64,000 bases of DNA. Source: a bacterium (lineage in GTDB: Bacteria; RBG-13-61-14; DATKZS01). Under the pieces are notes generated by a model that ran no database searches, was not told the origin of the DNA, and was given only the letters and a program-made list of their open reading frames with translations. Where the stretch lies: assembly GCA_963674965.2 (NCBI GenBank), contig CAXXFL010000005.1:765150-829149 (forward strand). The letters run 5' to 3'. Of the stretch, positions 61,809 to 64,000 are shown one piece after another. Positions within the stretch are counted from its first letter, which is position 1. The number at the start of each line of letters is the position of its first letter. The position numbers and the translations under genes are program-made.

Positions 61809-64000
61809 ATGAAAATCGATCTTCATTTATACTCGAAACTTTCCAAAAGGCCCTCGATCTGGCTGCTAAAAAAAATAGGCTGCGCCGAAAGTTACGCCGA
61901 GCCGGCCGAGCTTTACCGGATAGCCAGGTCCCGGGGCATGGACGGCGTGACCATTACCGACCATAACGCCATCGAGGGGGCCCTCGAGATAGCCCATCTT
62001 CCAGGCGCCTTCGTGAGCTGCGAGGTGACCACTTATTTTCCCGACGACAACTGCAAGCTCCACGTCCTTGTTTACGGGATTTCGGAGGAGCAGTTCCGGG
62101 AGATCGACAAGCTTCGCGCCAACGTGTTCGAGTTGGTATCTTATCTAAGAGAAGAGGGAATATTTCACGCCCTGGCCCATCCCTTTTACGCGGTCAACGA
62201 CCGCTTGACCGTCGAAAGGGTCGAGCAGTGCGTCCTGCTTTTTAAGTACTTCGAGCTGAACGGGGACCAGGCCGCCGAGGTCAACGAGGCCATCAGGCGG
62301 CTTTTCTCGAGGATACCTATTTCCGAGATCGAGCGCATGAGTAACGTCCACGGCCTCGAGCCCGGTTTTGACGAGCCCTGGCGCAAGGTCTTCATCGGTG
62401 GTTCCGACGATCACAGCTCCCTTAACGTGGCCAACACCTTCAGCCAAGTGGAGAATGCCTCGTCGGTAAGCGAGTTTTTCCGCGGAATCGAGCGTGGAGA
62501 GGTATCGGTAGAATACTACAAACCGCCCGACCCGCTTTTGATGGCCCACAATATTTACGGCGTGGCTTACCAGTTTTACGGCCGGAAGTTCTCGCCCGGA
62601 CGGATGAGGGAATACAGCCTGATACTGCGGTTCCTGGACGGGATGCTCCGGGCCGAGCCCCTCAAGGAGACGTCTTTTTTGAAGCGGGTTTACTTTAAGT
62701 TCAAGCGGCAGGTCAATCCTCCACCCGAGCCCCCGGGCAAGGCGACCCTTTCAGAGCTCATCCAATACGAGGCCCAGAAGAAAATTTCCTCCGACCCCGA
62801 ATTGTCCCGTCTCCTCGACGAGGGGGAATCCTCATCGAGCGAGACCCACAAGGAATGGTTCGGCTTCGTCAGCCAGGTCAGCGACCGGATTTCGGGAAGA
62901 CTCGCCCGCGACTTCAGGGACAGGCTGTCGGGGGCCAATCCCCTCGAGATGTTCGGCGCCCTCGGGGGGGCCGGGGCCCTCTACGCCACCCTGGCGCCTT
63001 ATTTCATTTCCTACTCCCTGTACAGCCGGGGAATACGGTTCGCCGAGACGGTGGAAAAAAGGTTTCACGGAGACGCCACCAAACGCGTCGAGCCCAAGGT
63101 GGTGGTCTTTACCGATACCTTCGACGAGATAAACGGAGTGGCCCGCACCTGGAACAAGAACGTTCGTCTCGCCGCTCGCTCGGGCAAGAAGCTGACCGTG
63201 GTTACCTGCTCTTCAGCGGGAGGCCGGGAGGAGGCCGGACCGGGCGTTAAGTATTTCAAGCCCGTCGAGGTCTTCGAGACGCCCGAGTACCCCGAGCAAA
63301 AGCTTTTCATCCCTCCCTTCCTGGAGATGCTGAGGTATTGCTACGAAAACAACTTCACTCACGTTCACGGGGCCACGCCCGGCCCGCTTGGACTGGCGGC
63401 CCTGGCGGCGGCCAGGCTTTTAAAGCTTCCCTTTTACACCACTTATCACACCTCCGTGCCCGAGTACGCGCTATATCTTACGGGCGACCGCTCGGTCGAG
63501 GACCTTTTGTGGAGGTTCATCGTATGGTTTTACGATCAGTCGGACCTTATATTCTCTCCTTCCCTGGCGACCTCGAGGGGGCTCGTCAGCCACGGCGTTC
63601 CCGAGTACAAGCTCCGACTCATGCCAAGAGGAGTGGACGCCGAGGCCTTCACCCCCGCGAGGCGCCGCGAGTACCCGGGCCTTCCAGCGGGCAAAAGACT
63701 CCTTTACGTGGGCAGGGTCTCGAGGGAGAAAAACCTCGAGCTTCTGGGCAAGGCCTTTAAGATGCTCTCGGCCGCGGAAAAGGAAGCGCGCCTGGTGGTG
63801 GTGGGAGACGGACCTTACCTCAAGGAGATGAAGCGGGAAATGGAGGGATACCCCTGCTTCTTCACGGGCTATAAGGAGGGCGAGGAGTTGGCCTCGATCT
63901 ACGCCTCATGCGACCTGTTCGTCTTTCCCAGCGCCACCGACACCTTCGGGAACGTGGTGCTCGAGGCCCAGGCCAGCGGCCTTCCCGTCATCGTCACGGA
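61809..64000 (+). CDS. PHP-domain / glycosyltransferase family 4 fusion protein; the 3' end lies right of the window
   Basis: Not in the ORF track because no stop occurs before the window end. AAGGAG RBS before the ATG at 61809. Hand translation gives 'MKIDLHLYS...GMDGVTITDHNAIEGA...GGSDDHS' (PHP-like), then 'GRVSREKNLELL...FVFPSATDTFGNVVLEAQASGLPVIVT' (GT4). Confidence 0.8.
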   Translation, partial: MKIDLHLYSKLSKRPSIWLLKKIGCAESYAEPAELYRIARSRGMDGVTITDHNAIEGALEIAHLPGAFVSCEVTTYFPDDNCKLHVLVYGISEEQFREIDKLRANVFELVSYLREEGIFHALAHPFYAVNDRLTVERVEQCVLLFKYFELNGDQAAEVNEAIRRLFSRIPISEIERMSNVHGLEPGFDEPWRKVFIGGSDDHSSLNVANTFSQVENASSVSEFFRGIERGEVSVEYYKPPDPLLMAHNIYGVAYQFYGRKFSPGRMREYSLILRFLDGMLRAEPLKETSFLKRVYFKFKRQVNPPPEPPGKATLSELIQYEAQKKISSDPELSRLLDEGESSSSETHKEWFGFVSQVSDRISGRLARDFRDRLSGANPLEMFGALGGAGALYATLAPYFISYSLYSRGIRFAETVEKRFHGDATKRVEPKVVVFTDTFDEINGVARTWNKNVRLAARSGKKLTVVTCSSAGGREEAGPGVKYFKPVEVFETPEYPEQKLFIPPFLEMLRYCYENNFTHVHGATPGPLGLAALAAARLLKLPFYTTYHTSVPEYALYLTGDRSVEDLLWRFIVWFYDQSDLIFSPSLATSRGLVSHGVPEYKLRLMPRGVDAEAFTPARRREYPGLPAGKRLLYVGRVSREKNLELLGKAFKMLSAAEKEARLVVVGDGPYLKEMKREMEGYPCFFTGYKEGEELASIYASCDLFVFPSATDTFGNVVLEAQASGLPVIVT

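Overview
64 kb chromosomal segment of a GC-rich, probably anaerobic, diderm bacterium. The gene content (multihaem cytochromes, Rnf, BcrA/HgdC-type activases, a CooC-type ATPase, T2SS parts) suggests a Desulfobacterota-like lineage, but that is inference only. About 55 protein genes, one tRNA-Arg(CCG), no rRNA and no CRISPR array. Left to right: a small metallocluster/activase cluster (activase, an acetyl-CoA-synthase N-domain-like protein, CooC-like ATPase, a second activase); hemL and rarA; an exported caspase-ankyrin / CHASE2 cyclase / DUF4384 operon; trkAH; a surface-polysaccharide cluster (flippase, nucleotidyltransferase, methyltransferase, TagF-like transferase, GT4); a HEAT / HD-GYP pair sharing an N-terminal module; DUF4418-FtsX-ABC; rluB, pncB, pncA and a PTS-IIA-like gene; MFS and DUF169. 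Next comes a decayed mobile-DNA patch: an IS630 remnant, an IS3 element inside a small secreted-protein gene, a perfect 53-bp tandem duplication, and an AT-rich exported ankyrin gene. After it lie an HmcABC-like module (18-haem cytochrome, FeS protein, NrfD fused to a hexahaem domain), RseC, and an rnfCDGEAB operon. In that operon RnfB is fused to a GltD-type NAD(P)H/FAD module, while RnfC appears to have lost its flavin/NADH motif. The right end holds gspL/M/N-like genes, tRNA-Arg, an AT-rich orphan gene, a gutted IS4-like element with intact inverted repeats, a radical SAM gene and a PHP-GT4 fusion running off the window. Many long ORFs in the track are antisense or alternate-frame artefacts of the high GC content. 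All family calls come from motif recognition by eye; no searches were run.
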